NCBI GenBank assembly: GCA_010093815.1
Contig: ML996576.1
DNA length: 39,952 nt
Source: Pseudovirgaria hyperparasitica
Lineage: Eukaryota
Strand: one strand, 5' to 3'
The notes under the pieces are model-generated. The model saw only the letters and a list, made by a program, of their open reading frames with translations, did not search any database and had not been told where the DNA came from. Numbering within the stretch: the stretch's first letter is position 1; every line of letters begins with the position of its first letter. Position numbers and translations under genes: made by a program. Below are positions 11,093-24,147 of this stretch, in pieces.

Positions 11093-12870
11093 ATAGATAA
11101 CTTTCTATACTAATTTAGATAGAATTAGTTTATCTACTACTAGAGTTATAATAATCTATTATAATTCTAGCTACTTTATTACTAATTTACTCTATTCTAT
11201 CTCTAGATATATTAAAATCTAAAGATCTAACTATATTTATAGAGAAGAACTAAAAGAAGTAGAAAGACTAGAAGAGAGACTATAAAAAGTACTTTCTTAA
11301 TAGCTCTCTACTCTTTTCTACTAAAGTATAATATATTTTATTTAGAGAATAATACCTAGACTTATAATTCTATAATTAATAGAATAGATAGAAGAAAGTA
11401 TAGCTACTATCTATAATAATCTAGAAATATTTAGCTATATTTATACTAAATACTCTTAGAATAGATAGAGAATATAAAAGAAAGATACTATCTAAGTTAA
11501 GAAGTATAGTATAATAACTAAACTAGATATCTACTTAACTACTATAATACCTTTAAAACCTATAGAATAATATTCCTATACTATAGAAGAATATTTATAT
11601 ATTCTAGTTTTATAAAGTACTACTTCTATTAATCCGCGAAAGACTATAAATAATATTATTAAGTTTTAACTATCTATATAAATTAGAGAAGAAAGCTAAT
11701 AAATACTACTATATTCTTAAGAAATATAGCTCTCTAGGTAAAACTAATAAACTCTATATAGATTAGAAATAAGATTAATTAAATATATTTAATTAAGAGT
11801 AACCTTACTATAATTAGTACTAGAAGAGTATAAATTAGAGTAGAAATATATTAAGAGAATACTAAAATAATTAAAATAGTACTTATTAATATAGAAAAGA
11901 ATAAGATATAGACTTAAATATAATATCTATTATAAAATAGTAGGATTATAGTATACTTTATTACTATAAGTATAGAGAAATAGAATATATTTTATCTAAC
12001 TATAAGAATCTAAAAAAAGAATAGACTAGTACAAAAGACCTAACCATATTCTTAGCTAAATTATATATACTTAGAAGAAGCTATAGCGCCTTCTAGTAAG
12101 TAAAGATCTAATATTACTAAAAGTATTATTATCTATAGTAAATAGTAATAAGACTATATAGACCCTTATAGATACTAGTATAGAAGATAACTATATTTTA
12201 TTAATTCTTATAAAGAAGTATAGATTATCATACAACCTTAGTAAAGCTAGCTAAACTATTATAGTTAATAGATATAAAGTTAGAACTTTAGATAAAGCTA
12301 TAATAAATTATAAAGTTTATAACTTAAAGATAATAAAATAGTAGATATCTAATAAATTTATTATAGCTAATATTAGCTAATAGAATATAATTCTAGAGAT
12401 ACCTTAGCTTAAACACCTAAACCCAATCCTTAATTTTTAGAAGAAAATATTAACATTCCAATAATACTATAGTAAATTATACTAGTAAGTTATAACTATT
12501 AGTAAGGAGATATAGAACCTTACTATATAGACTTAATTATTACTAATCTATCTTATATTTCTATTAATTATTAATAAAGATAAGAATAATAGTAATAATT
12601 AGAGTAAAGACACGCTATCTAATATATATTTATAGTATATAGATATATTTTTAGTAGGAGATATATTATTTCTCTCTAATTATAGACTATATAAGCTAAA
12701 GATTAAGCTTAAAGAGGGAGTAGATATCTCTTATAGTCTACTTTATCTACTTTTAAGACTAGAACTTAAAGTTCTTTATAAATATATTAAAGAATACCTT
12801 AGAAGAGACTAGATATATTATAGTATATTATTAGCTAGTATATCTATTCTCTTTATAAAGAAGAAAGATA
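11093..12870 (+). mobile_element. Old gypsy host element, segment 2 (gag, protease, RT start)
   Basis: De-RIPped motifs LIDT(G) near 12170, IL(GM)P(W)LKHLNP near 12390-12425, and ILF(V)KKKD ending at 12870. Confidence 0.85.
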
Positions 12871-13105
12871 ATAATAATAATAATATTATATAACTAGGTA
12901 GAGTAGTACTCTATAGGCCTATGCCTCCTCTAGTCTAAGCCACTATATAAGAAGAAACCCTATAGAGAAAAACTTCCTTATATCTATAACTATATCTCGT
13001 TAAACCTCTATTTCGTCTTAAGTATATAGCTATAGAGTACGCCTATTAGCCTATAGCCTATATTACTATTATTTTACCCTTAGGTAGCACGTATAGGTGC
13101 GGAGG

Positions 13106-13136
13106 TTATTAGTTAAGGGCTACCCTTAACTAATAA
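13106..13136. repeat. Shared palindrome copy 2 (LINE A 3' UTR)
   Basis: 14-bp perfect arms, CTA spacer. Confidence 0.95.
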
Positions 13137-13219
13137 TCGGGGTTCTCCCGGGGTTCTTCCGGTATATATCGGGTTACTACCGGCGTATACTAGGTCTCTT
13201 CTAGTATATATTTCCGGGT

Positions 13220-16200
13220 CCACTAGTACTAGAGGAGTAGTAGATATATAAGTATCTATCGGGAGACGTCCTTAGGGTACTTATTAAGCTATTATATAAT
13301 ATCTAAAGTCTTCGTGACGTAGATAAGCTATTACTATTATATATAGAGGTTAGGGTATATAGCTAGATAGTGGCGTATTATACCTCTCCGGCCGCACGCC
13401 TTATACTATAGGGAGGTATTAGGAACGCCTCTCTTATAGATATAGTATAGAAGTCCTATGGCGCCTATTCGGGCTTAGATAAGTATAGATGCTTAGGCTT
13501 TCGTTAGCCCTTTATATATCTATTTACTTGGTTCCTTCTATGGCCCTCGAATCTACTCTAGGTACCTATTCTACTAGAAGGTCTAGTAGGTACGGAGTAC
13601 CTCTTTCTACTTATCTTAAGTCTATAACCGCATGTTTTTCACGAGTTCTTAAAGGCTCTACTAGTCTAGGAGAGCGTCCGGGTTATCTCGGACTTCTTAT
13701 ACTACTTAGCTAGAGTCGGCTTCTATTAAGTACCTATACCGTATTCGATTCCGGCCTATATATAGGAGTGCGCGGTAATATATACTAATTCGTACACGTA
13801 GCGCGGCGAAAGTATATTCTACGTTTCCTATGCGTTCCTATACTTATTATTTAGTAAAGTATACCACGCTCTATATCTAGTAGAAGTTATATATACTTAT
13901 GACGTCTATCTCGCGTCGTAGTAGTACCATATTAGTAGCTTTATATACGCCTAATATAAGACGGAGTATACGGTTCTATATAGATTCGAGCTTCATTCGC
14001 CTAGTCTATATAAGGGCTATATACTAGTACTCGTGTCCGTACGTGAAGGCGGGTCGTACTATAGATATATATAGCTAGCGTGCCTTATCCCGGGCGGTTC
14101 CCTATATAGAGACTATAATCCATCGTATAGTGGCTTCTACCCGGAGGGCCCTAGAGACGGTATATACCACTTATGGTCCCTATTTAAGCTTACTATCTAG
14201 TATAACTCCGAGCGCGCGTATACTTTATACTAGTAGTTCGTTAAATACGTTGATTCGGGGGCGTCGTTCGCCTTCCCTAGTTACCTATTTCCCTTAACGA
14301 TTAATAAAGTGCATAAGCTGGTATTTCTCTAGGGCGAACTTTACTCTATGGCGTTTTACCTACTAGAGGTACCTCTTATAGTCCTATTCTAGTCGTCTAC
14401 ACGTTCGGTTAGTATTATTATTAATAGCTAGGAGGTATATATTATCGGTGTATCCGACTACCTCTATATACTTTATTCCTTAAAGAAGGTCTACCGTAAA
14501 GAAGAGGAATAGAATCGGAGAGATGGTGCTCCCTTATAGGATGCCGTATACCGTCTCTTTGTATTCGCTCTGGTATCTAGGGATATATATCTAAGTTGTT
14601 CTTCCTATAAGGAATGACTATATAAAGCGTGTAATCCATTCTAGTATTCGTCTCATCCGGAGGTTATAAATAAGTCTTATATAGTTTATCTTATTAAACG
14701 CTCCGGCCATATTAAGGGAGAGGAGCGATACTACCCGTCCCTATTTCTATGCGGCCTGGACGACTTTAATAATATATTAGATAGCTATTATTAGAGAGCT
14801 ATCTACCTTTACCTTCTAGTTCGGAGGGAGGAGATTATATTCCTATGCCGCGGTACTTATCTTCTTCGCTATTATAGCCTCTAGTATCTTATCTAGGTAG
14901 AAGAGAAGGGCGATTAGTCTCTATCCCTTTAGGGAGTTAGAGCTCTTTCCTAGCTTCGGGAGTATAATAGTATAGACGACTCGGAAGCTCTAGAGGTGGT
15001 ACCCCTACGTGACGCATGCTTAGAATATATAAGTAATAAGTGGTAGGGTCGCTTTTATAGTACTTTTTAGGTATTAATTTAGAATTCCATCTGGTCCGGG
15101 TGCTTTATCATTTAGGAGTATCTTAATAATATTAAGTATGTCCTCCTCCGTAACTTCTTCGGGGATATCTACCATATATAGATATTCGGCGCCGTGAACG
15201 TCTAATAGGTCTACTAGTTCCGGGAGAGGGAACATAGTCTTCCGTAGAGCCTTAGTTTTCTTAAGGCCCGTAGAGTATATTCTCCCCTAATATATTAGGG
15301 AAGGCATAAGTAGTAGGGGTATCGGAGTGTCTACGCCCTTAGCCTATTTCGCCATGCGCCATAGCCCTATTACGTATCGTGTCTATTAACTAGTAATTAT
15401 ACGCTACTATTTACGCCTTTTATTACAGAGGACTTTATCGTGTTATCGTATCGCTTCCTTCTATTCTTCCTATAACTCGGGTATTCTTATACGGTATACG
15501 CGTCTATATAGCCTTCGGGCGTCTTATCTACTTTCCTATACTTAAGGAATCCCCTTTACTTCCGAGGGCCGGTATATTTAGTATAGTACGTGTTTATTTC
15601 TCGCATTCTAGTATATTTATAGGAGTATCTATACGGCCTAGTCTATGGCTAGGTCGTTAGATATATCGACTATAGAGGGATCTAGGATCGCCGATTCTAG
15701 GTCCTTTAGGTACTTTTCCTAGTCGGTGTCCTTCTATATCTATTGTCCCCGTTATTTATTCGGGGTATACACGTTTATTACGGTTTCTATATATTCATGG
15801 TCGGAATCCGTCTATACCTAGCCTAGGCGGTAGTATTAGATCCGGTGACTAATGTACTCCGTAGCGAAGGTAAGGTTAAGCATAGACCCGTCTTCGTCCT
15901 ATTTATATTTTTTCTATATAACTTATCCTATAGGTGTAAGTAGGTATAGGAAGTCGTAGTAGCGGGTACGTAGTTCCCTTACTCTAAGTTCTTCCCTAAC
16001 CACGGCTAGGCCTCCCTACTATTAGTAGTAGAGGTTAAAGTCTTCTAGGAGGATGTGTTGCCCTGGTTCCGTGGTACCCTCGAGTATCTCGTCTAGTATA
16101 AGTATACGTTATTAGTTATATATGTTATATATATATAGGGGGCCTATATCTATTTATAGGTATAGTATTATCCTAAGGTTATCGCGCTCGGTATATAACC

Positions 16201-16430
16201 ATAATAAGAGTAGTATTAACCTATAAATATGGAAGAGGACTCGTCTTTCTAGTCCTAGAGGGTGTATAGTATAGTATCCGGGGTATATGGTTAGTTTACT
16301 CGTCTAGTAGTATTTATAGGGTTCCTAGATAGCGAGTATTATGGCCCCGGTCTCTTCGAGGAGCGTCGCCTAGTTCTCTCTTTTATATTATATATTTACC
16401 TATATAATTCGGAGTATATTCTAGTCCCTT
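13220..16430 (-). pseudogene. LINE ORF2 (APE endonuclease, reverse transcriptase, C-terminal Cys/His motif)
   Basis: LAI(Q)EP near 16330, LLEDFNL (LLGDFNL) near 16040, GPDGI near 15090, GI(PQ)GAP near 14535, GYTD(D) near 14450; ends approximate. Confidence 0.9.
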
Positions 16431-16464
16431 ATTAGATACTAGAGAGTATATATACCTATATACT

Positions 16465-17880
16465 TATTCCTTAGAGGCGCGACTATCCTCGCGCGGTAGC
16501 GGCTTTAACTATACCTTTTAGTCGTCCTATCGTCTTCGGGATAGTCTACTATCCCGTCTAACTATCTTCCGGAGGGGAGGTTAGGGGTGTTATAAAGGAA
16601 GGGCTCGTGGTAGGTATTATATTCTATAACCATCTCGCGCCTCTCGCTTTTATCGTGCGAATGTATTCTATAATCTATTTACGTTTTATGCACGTTAACG
16701 ACCATAATAGGTATTTCCTATCGTAGTTTAAACACTATGCTATATCCCTGTTTCTTAGTCCGTCTCCTCACGGTTTATAAGGGCACTTCTAGGTAGCGTG
16801 GTCCCTACGGCACTATCCGCACTTAGTCTTCTATAAGCACCTTTATATAGTATATCTATACCCTTAATAGTTAAAGCACTATATTATTACCTATGCCCTA
16901 TCCTATAGCTCGGCCATAAGGAGCTCTCCTTCTATTAGGAATCCCTCCTATATAATATATTATATAAGGGCGGGGTCTCGGAGCTCTATAATTATAGTAG
17001 AGTGTTTTTTCGCCGTCGTCTTAATCGCCTATAGGTTCTTCTACCACGCTTTCACGATCTTAATCCCTGGGTATTTTCGCGTGTTAGATTGTTCCATGCA
17101 CGTAATATCCTCCGCTCCGATAGCCTATCCCCGCACGGGTACTATATATACTATAATTAGGTATATAGCTACTCTAATAGACGCGCCGGGGAAGATACTA
17201 TCTATCGCGTTTAGATCTCGCGAGATGTTTTACTACGTAGTATTTATTATAGTAGTAAGTACTACCCTACCTAGCGTAACTTTAGTAGCCACGACGCTTA
17301 ACTATATTCCTTTCTATTTATTAATCTTATTTATAATTTCCTTTAGGGATGCCCGTTAGACCTATGCTAGCATGTCCTTATCCTAGATTACGATACGTAT
17401 ACTACATGCTCTATCTATGGTCCTAGTAGTCCTTAGTATGGTAGCTCCGGGTATTACTATAATCTAAGCCTACGTGTTAGGGCGCTTATCTTAGGATAGC
17501 TCTTCCTAGATTCTCCGTAGGCTAGCTTCCATTCGGTCGAGTCTACTACTAGGTTCCTCTTATGGCGACTTTCTTTCTTCCTCTATAATTTCTCTTAGGT
17601 TCCGGATAAGGTCCCGGAATACATAAAGAAGGGTCTTCTTTCTCTCCTCGGCGTCCCTCTCTACACGTATTACCTAGTATTTAATTTTATCTAGGAGGGT
17701 CTCCCCTCTCGGGGTCCCCTTAGTCTAGATTATCTATAGCGCTTCGCACCCTTAGTTAGTTCCTATATTTTAGATAGGTATCTAGCTATCTATATTAATA
17801 TCGCTATATGGCCGTTTCTACCGTACTAGTAGGGGTATATCCGGCGTATGCCGGGGTATTACGATGCCTAAGGCCGCCAT
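16465..17880 (-). pseudogene. LINE ORF1 (gag-like)
   Basis: ATG GCG GCC at 17880; three Cys/His knuckles at about 16690-16885. Confidence 0.85.
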
Positions 17881-17882
17881 GG

Positions 17883-17913
17883 TTATTAGTTAAGGGCAGC
17901 CCTTAACTAATAA
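17883..17913. repeat. Shared palindrome copy 3 (LINE A 5' UTR, 2 nt before ATG)
   Basis: 14-bp perfect arms, CAG spacer. Confidence 0.95.
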
Positions 17914-18148
17914 AAGGGGGTCGGCATGTCGGCGTTTATTAGATATAGTCTATACTCGTGTTATCGAAGAGTCTTTAAGCGTATATATATAGTGTCTCTA
18001 TACGTCGGTATTGTCGCGTATTATATACTATACGTACGCACGTGTGTCGGAGGTTGTTATACTTGGTATACTCTATCGTTTAATATATGTAAATCGCTGT
18101 TTTACCCCGAATTAACTAGTTTAGTCCGTTAGGGTGTAAGAAGTTCTT

Positions 18149-18708
18149 TAAAGAAGAAAGATAGAAGTTTATATATATATCTATATATTAACTATTAGAT
18201 ACTAAATATAGTAACTAAGAAGAATTATTATCTATTACTACTAGTTAGTAAATCTTTAGACTAATTAATAACGGTAAAGTACTTTATAAAGCTAGATTTA
18301 TAAGATATATATTACTAGCTTTAAATTTATTATAGAGATAAGTAGAAAACTATATTTTAAACTAGATATAGTTATTTTAAGTATACTATTATACTATTTA
18401 GACTAATAAATATACTAGAAGTATTTTAAGAATATATTAATACTATACTTATAGAATTACTTAATATAATATATATAGTTTATCTTAATAATATACTAAT
18501 TTACTCTAATAGTATATAGAATAATAAAGAATATATAAAATTAGTACTAAATTATCTAAGATAGTATAAGCTCTATATAAAGTTATCTAAATATAAGTTC
18601 TACTAATAAGAAGTTAGATTTCTTAGCTTTATTAGAATATATAGTAGTCTAAAAATAGAGCTAGAGCGTATAAAGACTATTATAGAATAGCTAGAATCTA
18701 CTACTATA
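18149..18708 (+). mobile_element. Old gypsy host element, segment 3 (RT)
   Basis: Continues KKKD(G)SL..., VYLNNILIYS ([10 protein letters not shown]) near 18480 and KLYIKLSK near 18570; interrupted by the copia LTR. Confidence 0.9.
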
Positions 18709-19284
18709 TATTAATATGAAAAGGGCAGGTATAAATAGATATATAATATTCCTTATATAAGGAATATATATCTAAATAGAGTTATATAATAGAATCTAGC
18801 TATAATAGACTATTATATAATAAACGGATCGGCGGAGTATAGCTTAAAGATAATAAGAATATAGTATAATTCTTAAAGTAAAGACTAGATAGAGAGAGAA
18901 CTAAATACATAGAGAGACCGTTCCTTATATATTCCTCCTTATATATTCTAGATTCTTCTCTTAATTAATAATAGAAATCTTCTAGACCTCTAGACGTACG
19001 TATACGTTCTATAGCTCTAGTAGTTTTCTAAGAATAGAATAGAGTAGAGTAGAACTCTATAGAACTTATAGACTCTATAGTAGAACCTAATAGAACTCAT
19101 AGAAGTTCGTGTTTCTAAAGACCTCTAGAAGTTTCTAGAGGGTTCTAGAAACTTCTATAAGAGTATAGAGTATTTATATATATAAGTAGATAATATTAGT
19201 AATATCGATTACTAATATTAAGCTATTCCTAATAAGGAAATACCTTATATAAACTTATTAGATATAGTAGAGGTTAAGTTTATA
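18709..19284 (-). repeat. Putative copia 3' LTR (about 575 bp)
   Basis: Begins after the PPT and ends TTAATA (RIPped TCAACA) at the host RT junction; partner LTR not in window. Confidence 0.65.
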
Positions 19285-19569
19285 TACCCCCTTAAGTTTT
19301 ATAAGGTATCTATATATATAAATATATATAGAATAATATAAATAGTCTTAAGAGACGTTTATAAGTCTAATCTTACTAATAAAGTCTTGAAATTTCTCTT
19401 TATTAGTTTGTTTAGTTAGATTATCACTTAATATAGTACTAGTATTTTCGTAAACTAGTTCTATTTTATTAGAGCTTAGATTTTCTCTAATAAAGTAATA
19501 AGTAATATCTATATACTTAGTCCTAGCATGGTATATAGGGTTTTTAGCTAGTTCTATAGTACTTAAAGA
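18709..19569 (-). mobile_element. Ty1/copia 3' end: RNase H C-terminus, PPT, 3' LTR
   Basis: Minus strand reads IELAKNPIYHARTKYIDI...LSDNLTK; AAGGGGG PPT at about 19287-19293. Confidence 0.9.
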
Positions 19570-20643
19570 AACTTCTTTTACATCCCCAAGAGGCTAACTT
19601 GGTCTATTTAGGGTAATATAGCGAGATACACACCTTAATCGATAGAGTACACCGAGTACACTAACTACTACTACACGCACGTACGTGTAGCGTCGAAACC
19701 AAGACGTTATTACCGTGTAAAGATATATACACACCCTCTTAAAATCCTCACGGAGATAGAGGCACGGACTATACTACTAGAACGCCGACACGCTAACCCC
19801 CTTTTATTAGTTAAGGGCAGCCCTTAACTAATAAATATGGCGGCCTTAGGCACCGATATACCCTAGCATATACTAGATATACCCCTACCGGTACGATAGA
19901 AAAGGCCATATAGTAATATTACTAAGGGTAACTATACACCTATCTAAAACGTAGAATACACCTAAAGGCGCACGCCGCTATAGATAGATAGAATAAAGGG
20001 GACCCTAAGAGGGGAAACCCTCCTAGATCGCATCGACTACTAGATAGCACGTATAGAGAAGGAAGCCGGAGAGGGCTAGAAGACCCTCCTATATATATTC
20101 TAGAACCTTATCCGGAACCTAAAGGGAATTACGGAGGAGGAGAAGAAGATATAACTAGAAGGACCGGAGGGTAGGCTCGACCGAATAGAGGCCAGCCTAC
20201 GTAGAATCTAGGAGGAACTTACTTAAGGTAAGCGCCCTAGTATATAGGTATAAATAGTAGTAACACTAGAGGCTATACCACGGGCCCCCCGGACCGGCGA
20301 CGCGGCGTATAGTATACGCGTTATAATCTAGAATAAGGACACCCTAGTATAGGTCTAGTAAGTATCCCTAAAGGATATAGTAAGTAAGATTAATAAATAA
20401 AAGGGAATATAGTTAAACGTCATCGCTACTAAACTTATACTAGGAGGAGTAGTACTTACCACGATAACGAATATCGCGTAGTAGACCATCTCGCGCGATC
20501 CGAACGCGATTAGTAGTATCTTCCTAGGCGCCTCTATTAGGGCAGCCATATACCTAATATAGATATACTCTATATCTATAAGCGGACAGGTTATCGGAGA
20601 AGAGGATATCACGTAGATAGAATAGTTAAACGAGCGAAAATAC
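19570..20643 (+). mobile_element. LINE copy B, 5' part (5' UTR and ORF1 start, ATG 19837)
   Basis: Homologous to the reverse complement of 17070-18148; ends at the gypsy-2 LTR. Confidence 0.9.
19803..19835. repeat. Shared palindrome copy 4 (LINE B 5' UTR, just before ATG)
   Basis: 15-bp perfect arms, CAG spacer. Confidence 0.95.
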
Positions 20644-21015
20644 TATGGTAAGCCATCGCTACGTGTGTCCCTTTTATAAATGGCTGTGTTCCTAGTATAG
20701 TAGTCGCGACGAACTCACAAGTATCTCTCCTAGGTATTATAAGTTCTCTTTAAACGTATAACTTCTTATTAGTTCTCTTTTATAATAGGACGGGTCTATA
20801 TAATACTCTTAATTAATTCTTCAATAGCTAAGCCTAATAATTAATACCTATAGAGGCCTATGAACGTAAGGAAAGGTCGAATAGTCGAATATTAGTGATG
20901 GGGGAAGCGCGCCGAGCAGAATGACCAAGGAAAACGCCCTCCTTAAATATATAATAAAGCCATGTAATCGAGCTAGGGATACATATATATAGGGCTATAG
21001 GAGCGGCCTTCCATA
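20644..21015 (-). repeat. 3' LTR, gypsy family 2
   Basis: Direct repeat of 31710-32081; inverted relative to 38025-38396. Confidence 0.97.
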
Positions 21016-21161
21016 TATACCTCCCCGGCCCATAGAACTACTACCCTTAGTAGTATAGTAACCGTGTAAGAAACCGTGTGAAGAATGCCTAAAAGAAAGA
21101 CCTTAATACGAATAAAATGCGCCCCTAGTAAACCTCTCAGCGCGGGTAAACCTTAGCCCGG

Positions 21162-21194
21162 ATTATTAGTTAAGGGTAGCCCTTAACTAATAAT
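21162..21194. repeat. Shared palindrome copy 5 (gypsy 2, just after the dioxygenase-like ORF)
   Basis: 15-bp perfect arms, TAG spacer. Confidence 0.95.
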
Positions 21195-21219
21195 TAGATA
21201 GGTTTTTAGGCGTCTAATC

Positions 21220-24147
21220 TTAGTACTTAAGGTCGCGAGCCAGCTCCTAAAGAATCGTGTCGCTTATCTTAGAGAGGTTAGATTCCTCCTCGTCGGATAG
21301 TTCGTTAGGCCTCTTCTATCTATAGAAGTTCTCTTTAATATTATCTAGGCCCGCGTTAGACTCGAATTTCTTAAAATTAATTAGCCGCTTAGCGGCGCGC
21401 GCCTCGTTAAATTCCTTCTAGAACGACCTATCCCTATAGACTAGCCTTTCCTACCTTACCATTTTCTTAAAGGTCTCTATAAATACCCTCGAGCCCTTCT
21501 TAAACTAGGCGTCTACCTTAGCTTTAAGTTATTAAGGACTTACGTTAAGCCACGTAGCTGCCTCTTCTTTTACCTCCTAGCTGTCCTATCTTTTACGGCC
21601 GACTAATACGTTACTAACGGCGTTAAAACTCGGGAGTTAAACTGCGGCTAGAAAGGCAAAAGGAATCGCGCTATATTTATTAGAAAATCCCGATAGAGAC
21701 GTGGGTCCCGGAGTTAAATTCCTATGAGCTACTATAAGTTATTCCTATGTATCTATTTTAGGCACTTCTATTATTATATAATTAGGGCCAATCGCGATAT
21801 ACCATAGAAGTATTATACGTCTTCTACCCTTTACGGGACCCTAGGCGCCGTGTATTATTAGTAGGCTAGAGATACGCACTTTAAGGGACTAGTAGGGGAC
21901 CGGGACAAAGGGACTAAATCGTTTCTTATCGTCCGTATTATAGATCTTATCGTTAATAGCTATGATTATACCGTTTTAATTGACCCCCTCGCGGAGCTTA
22001 GCCTTCGACTACTATTCGTTTAAGAACTTATAGAAGCGGGGAACGATTATAGTATAGTCGTTACTTCGTTCGTCGTCGAGACTAATACTCCCCTAGATTA
22101 TGTTAAACCCGTGTCTATTACTAGGATCGAGGATTCGATTAATAGCGTTATCGAGATGCTTAAAACCCGTCTTATCGCCCCTATCCTAGGACTTCGCATA
22201 GTACGGGTACGAGATTAGATAGTAGTTAAGATCGGGCCGAAGAGCGATATAGGTGAGCTAGTAAAGTAGGTATTACCTAATAAACTATTAGATATAGGAG
22301 TGGTATATAGTTCGTAGCTAGCCGTAGTTCGATTTCTTATTAAACATGCGCTAGTAGTACTTATATATATTAAATTCATCCCTCGCGAGTTCTAGGATAC
22401 TCTTATTAAGTATAGAGGTTATCTTTTTAAGTAGCTTAAAGAGCCCTTTAATATTAATACTTCCGGTACGTTCCTACTCGTCGAAGAGTTACCTACCTAT
22501 TCTACCGTCCTCCTTCTAAATTATAAATGTAATACTAGTAAGGATGGTTTTAATATTAATAACTTGCTTTAGGGTCTCTAGGGCCTAGTAATAATAGATA
22601 TCTAATGCCTCTATCGGATGAGGTGGCCGCGCGTACTTCGCGAACTAGGTATAGCGGTCCTTATAAACTTTAAGGGCCCCCACATTATCTCTAAACTCAT
22701 ATACTATTTTAAGTCTCGCTACTAGGTTTAAGTAGGACACGCTAACGAGTATATTATTCTTTCTAGCCACGTCTTAGTAATGCTTATAGTAGACTTTATA
22801 CGGAATAGCCATATTACCTATCTACGCTTTCTAGCGCACTAGTAGAGCCATTCCCTTAATACTCGTGAAATTCTTCTTTAATAATATAGCTGCCTTAAAA
22901 GTCTTCGTCACTAAAGGCGCGTATCAATACTTCTTAGGCTCGTCCTCTTCCTTAACTAATACTATCGTCTTAGGGTGCGAACTAAGAATAACCGGGGATT
23001 ATCGTATAGGCGCCCCTGGTAATTACTAAGGGCCGGTAGATAAGGCACGTCCGCGAGTAGGTTTTATCGGCATGGCCGTAATAGGTACTAAAGAGATTCT
23101 CGCATAGCCCGGTAAGAGACGTATACTAGTAGTAGTAGAAGGAATACTTACTTCAAACGGACAACTAGCTTCGAAGAGACGACATACTACTAAACTAGAA
23201 GGCGTGCTTCATAGAGGGGACTTTACCGTAGGCATTATCTACACTAGTTTTAGCGACGGTAAGGTCTAAGGCGGAGACGATACACTCATCTCTTTAATTT
23301 ATAGATAGTATTTAACGGGCCTATAAACTATTCTACTTATCCGTAACTATTAACTAGCGGGGATAATAAGTCCCGTCTTATTATAGAACGTTAGTTTATT
23401 TTATCGGCTAGGGTAGTTCGAGAGTTACTAGAGAGATAGACCGTCCTTATTACTATCGCTAGCTAGGGCGGTATTAATATTAGAGCTCTAAAGATATACC
23501 TTAATTCCCCTTCCCTTCTATCCCTAGCCGATTCAGAACTATAGAGATACGTTTAACTAGTTCCTCGCTCTCGCCTATGTCCGCATTCATAAGAGCGCTA
23601 CTAGCTTTTCTATGAAGTTCTATGTTTACTAGAGCTGTCCGAGGGCGGATTAGAGTAACTAGCCGTTATTATTAGGGAGGTCTTTTCACTAGTTTTATAG
23701 GATTACATTTTTAGCTTTTAGAATACGGGAGTTAGTATCTCTTCTACGACAAATTATCTCATAGACTTCTTTCGGAATAGAGGAGTTAATCTTTACCTTA
23801 CTATACCCTATTACGGCTCCTACTTCCTAGAAGAGGTTAACTATACTACTTAAGAGCTATTCTATAAGGCTAGTAATATAAAGGAGATTATTAAACGTGT
23901 CTAGAATATAGTCCTATCGCTCTTACGGGTCCTAGATAGTAATAATTTAGTTAATGGTAGACTTATTTACTTCCGTAGCTTCTATAGCCTATCCGTGCGG
24001 AGTAGTAGATGGCCTTGATACTATAATAGCCGTCGATGGCCCTACTTTAGTACTCACGACTCTTAACTAGAACCGCGTCTATCTTATTAGTACTTAATAA
24101 TCTTATAACTCTTTACGGGTAGGCGTTTTCTTTTTCGGCGGGGCTAT
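21220..24147 (-). pseudogene. Extra ORF (about 975 codons) with a C-terminal PhyH-like 2OG-Fe(II) dioxygenase domain
   Basis: Start (M)APPKKKTPTRK, H-L-D at 22158-22150, I(Q)GSISLDDE, distal H at 21852 and RRR at 21825-21817 are all in one frame; stops in the segments translated are RIP-type TAA/TAG. Confidence 0.8.

Larger units (their letters stand above)
12871..18148 (-). mobile_element. Full-length Tad1-like LINE (copy A), 5.3 kb
   Basis: 15-bp TSD TAAAGAAGAAAGATA (12856-12870, 18149-18163); trinucleotide tail; ORF1 with three CCHC knuckles; ORF2 APE-RT-CCHC. Confidence 0.95.
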
